This document shows, piece by piece, positions 12,056-23,641 of a DNA stretch of 64,000 bases. Position numbers and translations under genes: made by a program. The notes below the pieces were generated by a model. That model searched no databases. It worked only from the letters and a program-made list of their open reading frames with translations, and was not told the origin of the DNA. Origin of the DNA: an uncultured Gammaproteobacteria bacterium (lineage in GTDB: Bacteria > Pseudomonadota > Gammaproteobacteria > UBA9214). The stretch lies in contig CAWHCQ010000012.1 in the NCBI GenBank assembly GCA_963827755.1, forward strand, positions 96,001-160,000, read 5' to 3'. Positions within the stretch are counted from its first letter, which is position 1. Every line of letters starts with the position of its first letter.

Positions 12056-12668
12056 TTTTCTGTACTCCTGTCATGAATGCCAAAATCTTGTCTGCGGATT
12101 TAATGCCGCCGGCGCTTTCCACGCCGCTGCTGACGTCAACGGCATACGGTCTCACGGTGCTGATGGCCCGGGCAACATTTTCCGCTGTCAGGCCGCCGGC
12201 AAGAATCAGCGGCACCTCGTGCATTACCGGCACCAGCGCCCAGTTGAAGACCTTGCCGCCGCCGCCGTGTGTGTCCGGCTGGTAGGTATCCAGCAGAAAT
12301 CCGCTTGCATCCGGGAATTGTGACATCTCTGATGATAAATCGGTTTCACGCTTCATGGGGATTGATTTTATAAATGGCAGCCCAAATTGATTACAATCTG
12401 CGTTTTTTTCCTGACCATGAAACTGCAACAAGGCAAGGGGTACAGCCGCCGTCACAGCACGAATATCTGCCGGGGCGGCATTTACGAACAGGCCGACCAG
12501 CGAAACAAAGGGCGCAACAGCCCGGGCAATTTTCTGTGCCTGCTCAACGCGGACACAGCGCGGACTCCGTGGATAAAAAACCAGACCGATTGCATCGACC
12601 CCGCTCGCGACGGCGATGCGGGCATCCTGTTCACGGGTAATGCCACAGATTTTTACTCGAGTACGCAT
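12033..12668 (-). CDS. trpF: phosphoribosylanthranilate isomerase
   Basis: [26 protein letters not shown]. Confidence 0.96.
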   Translation of the reverse strand: MRTRVKICGITREQDARIAVASGVDAIGLVFYPRSPRCVRVEQAQKIARAVAPFVSLVGLFVNAAPADIRAVTAAVPLALLQFHGQEKNADCNQFGLPFIKSIPMKRETDLSSEMSQFPDASGFLLDTYQPDTHGGGGKVFNWALVPVMHEVPLILAGGLTAENVARAISTVRPYAVDVSSGVESAGGIKSADKILAFMTGVQKSGSDAGS

Positions 12669-12750
12669 GACCACCCATCAACCCTGTTGTCCACCATCCC
12701 CGTTTAAATGTAACAGAAACCCGGTCGCATGCGGACAATAGCAGCCAGCC

Positions 12751-13530
12751 TTATCCGCAAACCGGCATCCAGCCTCCGGGTGGCACGTTGAACTTGTCAG
12801 GATACTCCACTCTGACGAGGTATAGACCCGCAGCGGGGGCATTTACACCTGCCAGGGTCCGGTCCCGGGCTGCGATCAGTTCCGGTATCCAGTCGCTTGA
12901 GTGCTCGCCACGCCCGATTGCCAGCAGGACGCCGGCTATACAGCGAACCATGTGATGCAAGAAGGCATTGGCGACCACATCTATGTAAACAAAATCCCCG
13001 CTGCGCGTGACCGCAAGCCGGTAGACCGTCCTGACCGGGCTGCTCGCCTGGCAGGCAGCCGCCCTGAAGGACGTGAAGTCATGTTCGCCGAGCAGACAGG
13101 CAGCCGCCTGCTTCATTCGCGCGTCATCCAGTCGTGCATATTCCCGGCAAGTACGCTTCCTCAACAGTGCCGAAGCCGTTGCCTGGTTATGGATGATATA
13201 GCGATAGTGCCGCCGGCGGGCTGAAAAGCGCGCATGAAAATCATCGTCCATTTCCGCAACCCAGTGCACACGAACGTCACCGGATAAATTTGAATTCGTA
13301 CCGTGTATCCAGCCCTTGCTGCTGCGGACTGCGTCCGTGTCAATATGGATAACCTGGCCGGTCGCATGCACGCCGGTATCCGTCCTGCCGGCACAGACCA
13401 CGACAATTTCCTGATTCGCAACCTTCGAAAGCGCCTTTTCAAGACTCCCTTGCACGGTACGCTGACCGACCTGGCGCTGCCAACCGAAGAAATCCGAGCC
13501 ATCATATTCAACGCCGAGAGCAAGACGCAT
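12751..13530 (-). CDS. truA: tRNA pseudouridine(38-40) synthase
   Basis: EYDGS.F.GWQ, AGRTDTGVHA, FHARFSA, HDFTSF, FLHHMVR. Confidence 0.96.
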   Translation of the reverse strand: MRLALGVEYDGSDFFGWQRQVGQRTVQGSLEKALSKVANQEIVVVCAGRTDTGVHATGQVIHIDTDAVRSSKGWIHGTNSNLSGDVRVHWVAEMDDDFHARFSARRRHYRYIIHNQATASALLRKRTCREYARLDDARMKQAAACLLGEHDFTSFRAAACQASSPVRTVYRLAVTRSGDFVYIDVVANAFLHHMVRCIAGVLLAIGRGEHSSDWIPELIAARDRTLAGVNAPAAGLYLVRVEYPDKFNVPPGGWMPVCG

Positions 13531-13637
13531 CTCAGTACCTGCCACTGACTGCACCAGCCAGTCCCGGTTTACATGAAGCGGTGCGCATAGCGAATGATAG
13601 TACCCTTATCGAACAGACAGCGGGCGTGAACCATGGA

Positions 13638-14315
13638 TCAGAACAGCAGGAAGATACCTGTGCCCAGCAGCAAGGGGATGAGCCATTGCCAGAGGGCCGG
13701 CTGTGCTGCTTCCGTTATGCTGATTGAATCGCAGTCAGCCTGCCCGGCCGTGTCGAGAACTGCCGTGTAAATATCAGCGGCTGCAATACCTGCTGCTGAC
13801 AAGTTTCGACTCACCAGGGAACGCCCGGACAGTGTCCCGTGCAACAGCGGCTGTATCCGGCTGACGGCTTCCATGGACAATACAATACGCACGGCCAAAC
13901 GCTCCCTCGATTTGCGCGACAAAAACGGAGTAAACAGCTGCATCAGGGCAGCGAGCAGCTGTTCGCGCGCGGTTCTCTGCAGCAACAGGTGTACAGCCGC
14001 GACAATAATGACCAGTACCAGCATGCGGATGGCACCCAGTTGCAGGCCCTCGACTGTCGGTGACAACGTTGGGGAAGCCGGGAACAGGTGCTCACCGGGC
14101 GTCCACCAGCCATACACCAGCAGGATGGCCAGCATCAGCCAGCGCAATCGGTTCAGCATGGCCAGCAGCTTGCCCATGGCGGGAAACCCGTTTGCGAGGT
14201 AAATTACGGCGAGCAGAACCAGCCCGGCGATGAGCAATGCCGGTCGTGCGAGTGAAGTGCCGGCAGAAAACAGCAGCAAGCTGACGACACGGATCAGGGG
14301 ATGTATTTCAGACAA
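13638..14315 (-). CDS. CbiQ/EcfT-like membrane protein
   Basis: Several hydrophobic helices and RLRWL...YGWWTPG; start TTG 14315 overlaps the fimV stop. Family assignment from overall pattern and position between fimV and truA. Confidence 0.65.
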   Translation of the reverse strand: MSEIHPLIRVVSLLLFSAGTSLARPALLIAGLVLLAVIYLANGFPAMGKLLAMLNRLRWLMLAILLVYGWWTPGEHLFPASPTLSPTVEGLQLGAIRMLVLVIIVAAVHLLLQRTAREQLLAALMQLFTPFLSRKSRERLAVRIVLSMEAVSRIQPLLHGTLSGRSLVSRNLSAAGIAAADIYTAVLDTAGQADCDSISITEAAQPALWQWLIPLLLGTGIFLLF

Positions 14316-16626
14316 TATTGGAAATGAGGGCCTGTGCCTCGCTTTTCTGTTCTGCACTGCCCTCTTCAATCACTTCCTGCAGGATACTGCGGGCACCTTC
14401 CGGGTCTTCCATATCGAGATAGGCTCGCGCCAGGTCCAGTTTGGTGGCTACCTCATCAGCGCCTGCCAGCAGCCCTTCTCCCTGTGCCTCATCCTCGCCG
14501 GCATCGTCCAGGCTGAACTCCAGGCTTTCAGGGATTTCAGCGGCCACGCTGGTCTCTGTATCCACAGTCAGGTCCAGGTCGTCGGCATCCGCGGTCACTT
14601 CGGGCCTGGCGGAGATATCATCCATCCCGGACAGATCCATATCAAAATCGACCGTGTTTTTTGCTTCGCCAGTGAGCTGTTCCGCCGAGCTGTAAAGTTC
14701 ATTACCGGGAGAGAGTTCGTAACCCATTGTGGCAATACCGCTCCAGTGCACGTCATCTTCAGGTGCCAGTTCCCTGTACTCGCTCGCGGCGATATTAAAT
14801 GCCGCGACATTGCCGGCCGCGTGGAACACTTCCAGCAACTTGGCACGGATAGCAATATTATCCGGATCATTCTTCAAGGCCGCTTGCAGCACATCCTCTG
14901 CCTGGTGAACACGCCCGTAAGCCAGGTATACATCAGCTTCGGTCAAGGGATCGTTTGCAACCTCGGACGAGGCCTCATGCAGGACATCCACTGCATCCTC
15001 GGTATACGGACCCGGATCAGTGACAGTGAATGCCGGTTTGTCCGATTTTGATGCATCATCACTTCCCTGTGCGAGCTGGTTATCGAGGGTCGCTTCATCG
15101 TCAAACATACCCCGGCTCCTGCTTTGACGCAGACTGCCCCAGAGAAAACCGCCGAGTAACATGGCAACCAGTACACCAAGCCCGGCAAGCACCGGGTTAT
15201 CCATCAACCGGTTGACGATCCCGCCCGTTTCACTGACTGGCGAATCTTCATCAGCAGCCATGTCGTCAGCGGCCACCTCTTCTTCAGCGACATCCCCGCT
15301 TTCCGCCGCAATACTGCTTTCATCATCGCTGTCAGCTGCGGCTGATTGTTCTGCTTCGCCGGCGGGCTCTTCAACACCGGTATCGAGTGCTGCTGCTTCA
15401 TCGCCGGGCATCGCCCCTGCAGCATCAGCACCTGCGGAATTTTGCAAGCTGGCCAGGGGATCACTCTTCAGCTCCAGCAAGCGTTCCATTCTCTTGATGG
15501 TCGCTTCCAGCTCCATCACACGAGACTGCAATTCTTCGGCCTTGGCCTTGCCGGCTTCGATCTCTTCCGCTGCCAGTGCCAGTTTCTGGCGGATGATCTC
15601 GTCTCCGCTTGCTTTCGTACCGGGGTCACCTGCCTCGCCGCTGGTCGTTGCCGAACCTGCCCCCGGGTCACCTTCAGGTGGTGTTAATTTCAACTGGGAT
15701 TCCGTCGCAACGACAGTCGCGCTTGCCTTGGCGGGCATATCCATGACCGGCTCTTCAACTGCAGCCTTTTGCGTAACTGCAGGTTTCTCCCTTACCGCCG
15801 CCCTGGCGGCATTACGCTTGGCGCGCCATTCATTATATTGCCGGGTGGACTCTGCACGTGCCTGGTTGGCGGTCAGCGCAAGGATAGCCTCCCTGTCCGG
15901 AATCGTCAGGGTACTGCCCGCCTTCAGGTTATTGATATTGTTGTCCGTAAAGGCCTCCGGGTTGGCCCGCAGCAGCGCAATCATCATTTGGTGAATAGTG
16001 ATATCACCGCCAGGGCGCAAACGTTCCGCGATACCCCACAGGGCCTCTTCCCGGCGCACTGCGCCGTAGGTGTTTGCTGTCTTCTTTCCGGCGGGAGCCG
16101 GTCTGTAGGTGGTGGGTGCCGTCTGCGCAGCCGCGGCCGGTCGTATCTGCCTGACCGGTTCAATCCGGGCCGGTACAACAGCCGGTGCCGACACAACCGG
16201 TGCGAGCGGTGCAACGGGTGTTGCCGGCATGGTAACCGGCGGATCAACGAGTACCGTGTACTCCCTCACCATGCGGCCATTCTCCCATACCATTTCCAGT
16301 AAAAATTCGAGATAGGGCTCGCGTACAGGTTCAGAACTGCTGACATTAATGACCGCCATGCCGCGGTCATCCAGGGCAACCTCGAACTTGAAATCACTGA
16401 GGATTTTAGCGCGGATCAAACCAAGGCGCTCATGCTCTTCACGGGATGCCAGGGCGATCTTGACCTGGGATACATCCACGCCCACCGAAGAATTCAGGAT
16501 GATACCGGCTTTCATGGGCTGGTTCAGGGCCGATTGCATTTCAATCTCGCCAAGACCGAGCGCATTCAGACGGATAGACACCGTCAATAACACCAGCGCT
16601 AGCGCAACAGCCGATTTCCTGAACAT
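14308..16626 (-). CDS. fimV: FimV/HubP family polar landmark protein
   Basis: Signal peptide, ALGLGEI...SALNQP, LysM-like region with NPEAF.NNIN.L, coiled coil, TM helix, acidic tail, TPR EADVYLAYGR, C-terminal TKLDLARAY...AR.IL.EV; asd-fimV-truA synteny. Confidence 0.93.
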   Translation of the reverse strand: MFRKSAVALALVLLTVSIRLNALGLGEIEMQSALNQPMKAGIILNSSVGVDVSQVKIALASREEHERLGLIRAKILSDFKFEVALDDRGMAVINVSSSEPVREPYLEFLLEMVWENGRMVREYTVLVDPPVTMPATPVAPLAPVVSAPAVVPARIEPVRQIRPAAAAQTAPTTYRPAPAGKKTANTYGAVRREEALWGIAERLRPGGDITIHQMMIALLRANPEAFTDNNINNLKAGSTLTIPDREAILALTANQARAESTRQYNEWRAKRNAARAAVREKPAVTQKAAVEEPVMDMPAKASATVVATESQLKLTPPEGDPGAGSATTSGEAGDPGTKASGDEIIRQKLALAAEEIEAGKAKAEELQSRVMELEATIKRMERLLELKSDPLASLQNSAGADAAGAMPGDEAAALDTGVEEPAGEAEQSAAADSDDESSIAAESGDVAEEEVAADDMAADEDSPVSETGGIVNRLMDNPVLAGLGVLVAMLLGGFLWGSLRQSRSRGMFDDEATLDNQLAQGSDDASKSDKPAFTVTDPGPYTEDAVDVLHEASSEVANDPLTEADVYLAYGRVHQAEDVLQAALKNDPDNIAIRAKLLEVFHAAGNVAAFNIAASEYRELAPEDDVHWSGIATMGYELSPGNELYSSAEQLTGEAKNTVDFDMDLSGMDDISARPEVTADADDLDLTVDTETSVAAEIPESLEFSLDDAGEDEAQGEGLLAGADEVATKLDLARAYLDMEDPEGARSILQEVIEEGSAEQKSEAQALISNIV

Positions 16627-16701
16627 ACCTGGCTCCCCTGCAGTTGACTCTTCCATTAAACCGTAACTAACACCTGCCCCTGATTCAGCGCAGACTATAA
16701 C

Positions 16702-17724
16702 TCACAAATAGTCTTTGACCAATATTTCAGCAATCTGGATGCTGTTCAGCGCAGCGCCTTTGCGCACATTATCAGACACAACCCATAGATCCAGACCTCT
16801 GGGGTGGGAAATATCCTCGCGGATCCTGCCCACATAAACCGGATCATTGCCGGCACCTTCCGAGACAGCCGTCGGATAACCACCATCCACATGCTCATCG
16901 ATGACCACGACCCCTGGCGCCGCCTTCAGCAGGGCGCGGGCCTGGTCTGCCGTGAGTTTATCCCGTGTCTCGATATGCACGGCTTCGGAATGGCCATAGA
17001 AAACCGGAACGCGGACGGCCGTCGGATTCACCCGGATCGAGTCATCGCCCATGATCTTCCGGGTCTCCCAGACCATCTTCATTTCTTCCCTGGTGTAGCC
17101 ATTTTCCTGAAATACATCAATTTGCGGCAGGACATTAAAAGCGATCTGCCTGGGATAAACCTCGGCAACAATCGAATTGCCATTCAGCAACTGTGCCGTC
17201 TGCCCCGCCAGCTCCTCGATGGCCTCTTTCCCGGTCCCTGAAACCGCCTGGTAGGTGCAGACATTTATGCGTTCAATTCCCGCCGCGTCGTGCAGGGGTT
17301 TCAAGGCCACCAGCATCTGGATGGTCGAACAGTTCGGATTGGCAATAATCCCGTGAGTTGTGTAACCGCTGATCGCCTCCGGGTTCACCTCGGGTACCAC
17401 CAGCGGAATGTCGTCCTCGTATCGAAAACGGGAGGTATTATCGATGACTACACAGCCGGCTGCGGCCGCAATCGGTGCGTATTTTTCGGATATACCCGCA
17501 CCGGCTGAAAACAGGCCGATCTGTACCCTGGAAAAATCAAAACCATCCAGATCCTCGACCGTCAGCCAGGTGTCCTTGAAGCGCATCTTTTTACCGGCCG
17601 AGCGTTTACTCGCCAGTGGATACACCTTGTTTACCGGGAAATTACGCTCCCCCAGTATCTCCAGCATGGCCTCGCCTACAGCACCTGTGGCGCCGACTAC
17701 TGCAACATCGTATTTGCCTGACAT
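16702..17724 (-). CDS. asd: aspartate-semialdehyde dehydrogenase
   Basis: VGATGAVG, ANPNCST, YQAVSG, DNVRKGAA. Confidence 0.97.
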   Translation of the reverse strand: MSGKYDVAVVGATGAVGEAMLEILGERNFPVNKVYPLASKRSAGKKMRFKDTWLTVEDLDGFDFSRVQIGLFSAGAGISEKYAPIAAAAGCVVIDNTSRFRYEDDIPLVVPEVNPEAISGYTTHGIIANPNCSTIQMLVALKPLHDAAGIERINVCTYQAVSGTGKEAIEELAGQTAQLLNGNSIVAEVYPRQIAFNVLPQIDVFQENGYTREEMKMVWETRKIMGDDSIRVNPTAVRVPVFYGHSEAVHIETRDKLTADQARALLKAAPGVVVIDEHVDGGYPTAVSEGAGNDPVYVGRIREDISHPRGLDLWVVSDNVRKGAALNSIQIAEILVKDYL

Positions 17725-17757
17725 CTTGATTGTTACCTTATTTAGGAGAAAATCCGT

Positions 17758-18841
17758 CTAACCCGCCTGTAGTGCGGCCACCACTGCATCGCCCATCTCG
17801 CGGGTACCCACTTCTCGCATTCCAGCTGAATAAATATCCGGGGTCCGCAGGCCCTTGTCCAGCACCCTGCCTACCGCCTTGTCAATGCGTCCGGCCAGCT
17901 CCGCTTCACTCAGGCTGTAGCGCAGCATCATGGCGACCGAAAGTATCGTTGCCAGCGGGTTGGCAACACCCTTACCCGCAATGTCGGGCGCCGAGCCATG
18001 GATCGGTTCGTACATGCCCTTGCCGTTACTGTCGAGCGAGGCGGAGGGCAGCATGCCGATTGACCCGGTCAGCATGGCGGCCGCATCCGAGAGGATGTCG
18101 CCAAACATGTTTCCGGTCACCATGACATCGAACTGCTTCGGTGCACGCACCAGCTGCATGGCTGCGTTATCGACGTACATGTGACTGAGCTCGACATCCG
18201 GATACTCACCTGCCAGGTCGATCATCACGCTGCGCCAGAGCTCGGAAACCTCGAGGACATTGGCCTTGTCAACTGAACACAAACGCCTGCCGCGCTTGCG
18301 TGCGATTTCGAACGCAGAACGGCCAATTCGTTCGATTTCCGATTCACTGTACACCAGGGTATTGAATCCCTGTCTCTGTCCGTTTTCCAGCGTGCGGATG
18401 CCACGCGGCTGACCGAAATAAATACCGCCGGTCAACTCACGCACGATCATGATATCCAGCCCGCTGACAACCTCGGGTTTCAGCGTCGAGGCATCTGCCA
18501 GCTGCGGATAGAGTATGGCCGGGCGAAGATTGGCAAACAGGTCCAGTTCCGCGCGCAGGCCCAGCAACCCCTGTTCCGGCCGCAGGGCACGCTCCAGCCC
18601 GTCCCACTGCAGGGCCACCTACCGAACCCAGCAGGATGGCATCGGCCGAGCGGACACTGTTCAGGGTGACCTCGGGCAGCGGATGTCCATGGGCCTCGTA
18701 CCCGGCACCGCCGACAGGCATGCGCTCGGTTTCAATATCGAGGCCGAAGTCAGCCGCCAGTGCGTCAAGCACCTTTTCAGCCTCGGCGATAATTTCCGGG
18801 CCGATGCCGTCGCCCGGTAATATAGTTATTTTATGTTTCAT
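17758..18841 (-). CDS. leuB: 3-isopropylmalate dehydrogenase (frameshift near 18612)
   Basis: [10 protein letters not shown] in ORF 18437-18841; [16 protein letters not shown] and [10 protein letters not shown] in ORF 17758-18618; joined by removing one base at GGP/QWD. Confidence 0.95.
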
Positions 18842-18857
18842 ATTAGTTGGTTATGAG

Positions 18858-19512
18858 TTATTCCTGATTACGTTTGTCAAATAGCCAGGGCGCTCGCTGT
18901 CGGTGCGCCTGCTCAAAGGCGCGGATCTCGCCGGCATGCTCCAGCGTCAGGCCGATGTCATCCAGTCCGCGAATCAGGCAATCCTTGCGAAAGCCATCCA
19001 CCTCGAAGTGGATGACATCACCCCCGGGAGTGCTGATCACCTGACCGGGCAGATCAACGGTCAAGGCATAGCCCGGCGCCTGTTGCAGCTCGGTGAACAG
19101 GCGATCAACCACGTCGACTGGCCAGCGCAACGGGCAACACGCCGTTCTTGAAACAGTTATCCATAAATATTTCGGCAAAGCTCGGGGCAATGACGACACG
19201 AAAGCCGTAATCGAGCAGGGCCCAGACGGCATGCTCGCGCGAGGAGCCACAGCCGAAATTCTCCCGCGCCAGCAGGATGGCTGCGCCGCGGTAACGCGCG
19301 TTGTTAAGGACGAAGTCAGGATTTGGAATACGTGCAGCATTGTCCATGCCCGGTTCACCCGGATCGCTGTAGCGCCATTCGTCAAACAGGTTCGGGCCAA
19401 AGCCGCTGCGCTTGACCGATTTGAGAAACTGCTTGGGTATGATGGCATCGGTATCGACATTCGCCCGATCCATCGGCGCAACCAGGCCGGTAAAAGTCTC
19501 GAACTTGTCCAT
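18858..19512 (-). CDS. leuD: 3-isopropylmalate dehydratase small subunit (frameshift near 19120)
   Basis: [23 protein letters not shown]; C-terminal GLDDIGLTL is in the next frame. Confidence 0.95.
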
Positions 19513-19514
19513 AC

Positions 19515-20924
19515 TCACCCCGTCTCCTTGCTGACATCGACAAAATGTCCGGTCACTGCCGCGGCAGCCGCCATCGCGGGACTGACGAGATGCGTACGTC
19601 CGCCCTGTCCCTGGCGACCCTCGAAATTACGGTTCGACGTCGAGGCACAGCGATCGCCGGGCGCAAGCCGGTCCGCATTCATGGCAAGACACATGGAGCA
19701 GCCGGGCTCACGCCATTCGAACCCGGCTTCTTTAAAGATGACATCCAGCCCTTCCGCCTCGGCCGCACGTTTGACCAGGCCGGAACCCGGCACCACCAGC
19801 GCCTGGCGGATGCTGCCCGCAACCTTGCGGCCGCGTATCGCTTCGGCCGCTGCACGCAAATCCTCGATCCTTGCATTGGTGCATGAACCGATAAACACGT
19901 GATCCGGACGAATCTCGCTGATCGGCGTGCCCGGCTTCAGGTCCATGTACTTCAGCGCATTGCGCATGCCCTCACGCCTGACACTGTCGCTTTCCCTGTC
20001 AGGGTCCGGCACCACCCCGTCCACGGGTACCACCATTTCCGGCGAGGTGCCCCAGGTCACCTGCGGCTTGAGCCGGTTGGCATCGATTTCAACGGTCCGG
20101 TCATATTCGGCCGACGCGTCACTGTGCAAGTCCTTCCAGCTGTCCAGCGCACGATCCCACAAAGCGCCCCCGGGTGAAAACGGACGCCCGGCCAGGTAAT
20201 TGATGGTCGTATCATCCACGGCAACCATGCCGGCACGTGCCCCGGCCTCGATGGACATATTGCATACCGTCATTCGGCCTTCCATCGAGAGTCCGCGAAT
20301 GGCCGGGCCGGTAAATTCGATGGTATAGCCGGTACCCCCGGCGGTGCCGATCCTGCCGATGATGGCGAGTACCATGTCCTTGGCGGAAACACCGTCTGCC
20401 AGGCGGCCGTCTACGCGCACCTGCAAGGAACGGCTCTTCCTCAAAATGATGCACTGCGTCGCCAGAACGTGCTCGACATCGGATGTCCCCACACCGAATG
20501 CCAGTGCCCCGAAGGCACCATGGGTCGAGGTGTGCGAATCGCCGCACACCAGCGTCATGCCCGGCAGGGTTGCACCCTGTTCCGGCCCGATCACGTGGAC
20601 AATGCCCTGGCGCGGATCATTCATGGAAAATTCCGTAATACCGAACTCGCTGCAGTTGCTGTCGAGTGTTTCAACCTGCAGGCGCGAGACAGGGTCAACA
20701 ATCCCCCCCGCCCGGTCCGTGGTGGGTACATTGTGATCCGGCACGGCAAGAATGGAATCCGTCCGCCACGGCTTGCGCCCGGCCAGCCGCAGGCCTTCGA
20801 ACGCCTGCGGTGAGGTCACCTCGTGGACAAGGTGGCGATCGATATAAATGAGCGCCGTGCCGTCGGCATCCTCGCGAACAAGGTGCGATTCCCAGAGTTT
20901 GTCGTAGAGCGTCTTGCCGGACAT
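19515..20924 (-). CDS. leuC: 3-isopropylmalate dehydratase large subunit
   Basis: [42 protein letters not shown]. Confidence 0.98.
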   Translation of the reverse strand: MSGKTLYDKLWESHLVREDADGTALIYIDRHLVHEVTSPQAFEGLRLAGRKPWRTDSILAVPDHNVPTTDRAGGIVDPVSRLQVETLDSNCSEFGITEFSMNDPRQGIVHVIGPEQGATLPGMTLVCGDSHTSTHGAFGALAFGVGTSDVEHVLATQCIILRKSRSLQVRVDGRLADGVSAKDMVLAIIGRIGTAGGTGYTIEFTGPAIRGLSMEGRMTVCNMSIEAGARAGMVAVDDTTINYLAGRPFSPGGALWDRALDSWKDLHSDASAEYDRTVEIDANRLKPQVTWGTSPEMVVPVDGVVPDPDRESDSVRREGMRNALKYMDLKPGTPISEIRPDHVFIGSCTNARIEDLRAAAEAIRGRKVAGSIRQALVVPGSGLVKRAAEAEGLDVIFKEAGFEWREPGCSMCLAMNADRLAPGDRCASTSNRNFEGRQGQGGRTHLVSPAMAAAAAVTGHFVDVSKETG

Positions 20925-21003
20925 TGATCCTGACCTGTTGTTTGCAGTGCCGCCGAAAAAGCGAAATTATATAGGATGTTGGCTATGAAACCATCATTAC
21001 CCT

Positions 21004-22143
21004 TCAGGCATCGGGCACATTGCGAATGCCGAGATGCGTCAGCAGTACCGCGCACAGTGCAACCCCCGCGGCCGCCAGGTACATTGCCTGTGGCCCGATA
21101 CCGCTCCACAGGTAGCCACTGGCGAGGCTGCCGATTGCCCCGCCCGCACCAAAACTCAGGCTGCTGTAGAGTGCCTGCCCGCGCCCCTGGTGCACACCGG
21201 TGAACAAGCGGTGAATCAGGAATATCACGACAATATGGTAAAGCCCGAAACTGGCGGCATGCAGCAACTGTGAAAAGGCAATAATGGCGATATTGTCTGC
21301 AAAACCGGCAACCAGCAACCAGCGCAGCGTGGTCAATATGACCGCGACCAGTAACAGCGCGCGCGTACCGAAACGGGGCAACAGTACCGGCATCAACAGA
21401 AAAACACCGATCTCTGCCAGCACACCCAGTGCCCACAGTTGACCGATAAGGGCGGTCGAGTAGCCCTGGTTCTCCAGGTAGATACTGAAAAACACGTAAT
21501 AGGGGCCGTGACTCACCTGTACCAGGAAACTCACCAGTAACAGGGAAAACACGACCGGGCGTTTCAAAACATCAAACAGGTGCTCCTGTCCAAGTGGCAG
21601 GTGGCCGGCCGCGGATTCCGGCACCATCAGGCTGCTGAGCCAGATACCGCCAAACAGCACCAGCAGCACCCAGGGAAGCAAGGCGGTTCCATAGGCGCCC
21701 AGTACCGGGCCGAGCGCGGCAACAGCGATAATGAAGCCAACCGATCCCCACAGGCGAATGCCGCTGTAGTGATGCGTGTTGATGCCCAGGTGGTTCATGG
21801 TGGTTGCCTCGAACTGGGGCAGCGAGGCATTCCAGAAAAAACTGTAGACCGTCATCACCAGTGCCAGCCACCAGTAGTTATTACTGACAAACACCCCTGC
21901 AAACGTCACGGCTGCCAGCAGCGAGGCAATCCGCACGATCTGCATACGTGCCCCGGTATGATCGGCGATCCAGCCCCATACATTGGGCGCCACGATCTTG
22001 GTCGCCATCAGAATGGCCACCAGCTCGCCAATCTGGCTGACACTGAAACCGAGCGACTTGAGATACAGGCCCCAGTACGGAACCAGTGCGCCAAGGGTGG
22101 CGAAATAAAACAGGTAAAAACCGGACAGGCGCCAGTAGATCAT
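21004..22143 (-). CDS. MFS transporter (HcaT/MFS_1_like)
   Basis: Multiple TM helices, IRLWGSVGF, QLLHAASFG; usual neighbour of aroC. Confidence 0.88.
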   Translation of the reverse strand: MIYWRLSGFYLFYFATLGALVPYWGLYLKSLGFSVSQIGELVAILMATKIVAPNVWGWIADHTGARMQIVRIASLLAAVTFAGVFVSNNYWWLALVMTVYSFFWNASLPQFEATTMNHLGINTHHYSGIRLWGSVGFIIAVAALGPVLGAYGTALLPWVLLVLFGGIWLSSLMVPESAAGHLPLGQEHLFDVLKRPVVFSLLLVSFLVQVSHGPYYVFFSIYLENQGYSTALIGQLWALGVLAEIGVFLLMPVLLPRFGTRALLLVAVILTTLRWLLVAGFADNIAIIAFSQLLHAASFGLYHIVVIFLIHRLFTGVHQGRGQALYSSLSFGAGGAIGSLASGYLWSGIGPQAMYLAAAGVALCAVLLTHLGIRNVPDA

Positions 22144-22182
22144 GTCACAAAACGCAGGACCGGGGTTTAGACGATGCTGGTG

Positions 22183-23286
22183 CTAGTCCGCAGCACTTGA
22201 GGGAATTACCGGCGTATCGGAGCTGACATCCATGTTCTGTGCCCGGTGCCGCAGCACATGGTCCATCAATACAATGGCCAGCATGGCCTCTGCAATCGGG
22301 GTCGCCCGAATGCCCACGCAGGGGTCATGGCGTCCGGTGGTGACCACCTCTACCGGCTTGCCGTTGACGTCAACGGTTTTCCCGGGGAGCCTGATACTCG
22401 AGGTCGGCTTGAGTGCAATACTGGCGATGATGTCCTGGCCGCTGGAAATACCGCCCAGCACCCCGCCCGCGTGGTTGCTTAAAAAGCCCGCCGGGGTGAT
22501 TTCGTCCCGATGCTCGGTACCCTTTTGTTCGACACTGGCAAACCCGGCGCCGATCTCCACGCCCTTGACTGCATTGATGCTCATCATGGCATGGGCAATA
22601 TCGGCATCCAGCCGGTCAAAAATCGGTTCGCCCAGACCCGGCAGCATGCCGCTGGCGACGACGTTTACCCGTGCACCGATCGAGTTGCCTTCCTTGCGCA
22701 GGGCATCCATGTAGGTCTCCAGCTCTGCCACACGTTCCGGGTCCGGACAAAAGAACGGGTTCTCGCCGACCGCGGACCAGTCCTTCAGCGCCAGCCTGAT
22801 CGGCCCAAGCTGAGCAAGGTAGCCATGGATTTCAATGCCGTAGTGCTGTTGCAGGTAGCGCTTCGCGATTCCCCCGGCGGCAACACGCATGGCTGTCTCC
22901 CGCGCCGATGAGCGGCCACCCCCGCGGTAGTCGCGAAAGCCGTACTTTTGCTTGTAGGTGTAGTCGGCATGGCCCGGGCGGAAACGATCCATGATATTGG
23001 AATAGTCTTTCGATTTCTGGTCCGTATTCAGGATCATCAGCCCGATCGGGGAGCCGGTGGTCCTGCCTTCGAAGACACCGGAAAGAATCTGCACCTCGTC
23101 CGCCTCGCGCCGCTGCGTGGTGTGGCGGGATTTTCCCGGTTTGCGGCGATCGAGATCTTCCTGCAGGTCCGCCGCGCACAGCTCCAGCCCCGGCGGGCAG
23201 CCATCGACGATACAGCCCAGTGCGGGTCCATGGCTCTCGCCAAACCCGGTTACCGTGAATAATTTTCCGAAGCTGTTTCCTGACAT
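22183..23286 (-). CDS. aroC: chorismate synthase
   Basis: [27 protein letters not shown]. Confidence 0.98.
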   Translation of the reverse strand: MSGNSFGKLFTVTGFGESHGPALGCIVDGCPPGLELCAADLQEDLDRRKPGKSRHTTQRREADEVQILSGVFEGRTTGSPIGLMILNTDQKSKDYSNIMDRFRPGHADYTYKQKYGFRDYRGGGRSSARETAMRVAAGGIAKRYLQQHYGIEIHGYLAQLGPIRLALKDWSAVGENPFFCPDPERVAELETYMDALRKEGNSIGARVNVVASGMLPGLGEPIFDRLDADIAHAMMSINAVKGVEIGAGFASVEQKGTEHRDEITPAGFLSNHAGGVLGGISSGQDIIASIALKPTSSIRLPGKTVDVNGKPVEVVTTGRHDPCVGIRATPIAEAMLAIVLMDHVLRHRAQNMDVSSDTPVIPSSAAD

Positions 23287-23334
23287 GAAGTTATTGTAAC
23301 GACTCTCGAGAGCACAGTCGCCCCCCGGCTGGAT

Positions 23335-23361
23335 TAAAGCTCGCCGGTCAGCGTCCGATAT
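23335..23361 (+). promoter_or_regulatory. putative sigma28 (FliA) promoter
   Basis: TAAA-N15-TCCGATAT versus consensus TAAA-N15-GCCGATAA, 40 bp upstream of the 66-aa ORF. Confidence 0.6.
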
Positions 23362-23401
23362 GCTTGCTATAGCTATCGATTAACCCCGCGCGGAGAACAT
23401 A

Positions 23402-23602
23402 ATGGCCCAGATACAGGCACTACGGAATACTTTGCTTGGCGACTTCCTCGGACAACCGATCTACCAGACGATCGAATCCCAGAATCTCACCTACGTTTTT
23501 GATCGCATTGCAGACAATATTGACGGCGAATTCCCGCTCGACCAGTTGAACAAGGACGAACTGCTGGTCAAACCCGGCCTGATCTATCGCCTCAAGGCCT
23601 GA
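23402..23602 (+). CDS. small hypothetical protein (66 aa)
   Basis: GGAG RBS before ATG, fills the gap between aroC and the convergent 105-aa gene, protein-like composition. Confidence 0.7.
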   Translation: MAQIQALRNTLLGDFLGQPIYQTIESQNLTYVFDRIADNIDGEFPLDQLNKDELLVKPGLIYRLKA

Positions 23603-23641
23603 CCCGGGCACACCTTACGGCCGGCCCTGCTGCGGGATGAT

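Noticed and set aside
18437-19518. Programmed frameshifting or true pseudogenes in leuB/leuD (and queA, glgP, relA)
   Set aside because: No shared slippery sequence at the breaks. The same one-base pattern affects many unrelated and essential genes, which fits sequencing error.
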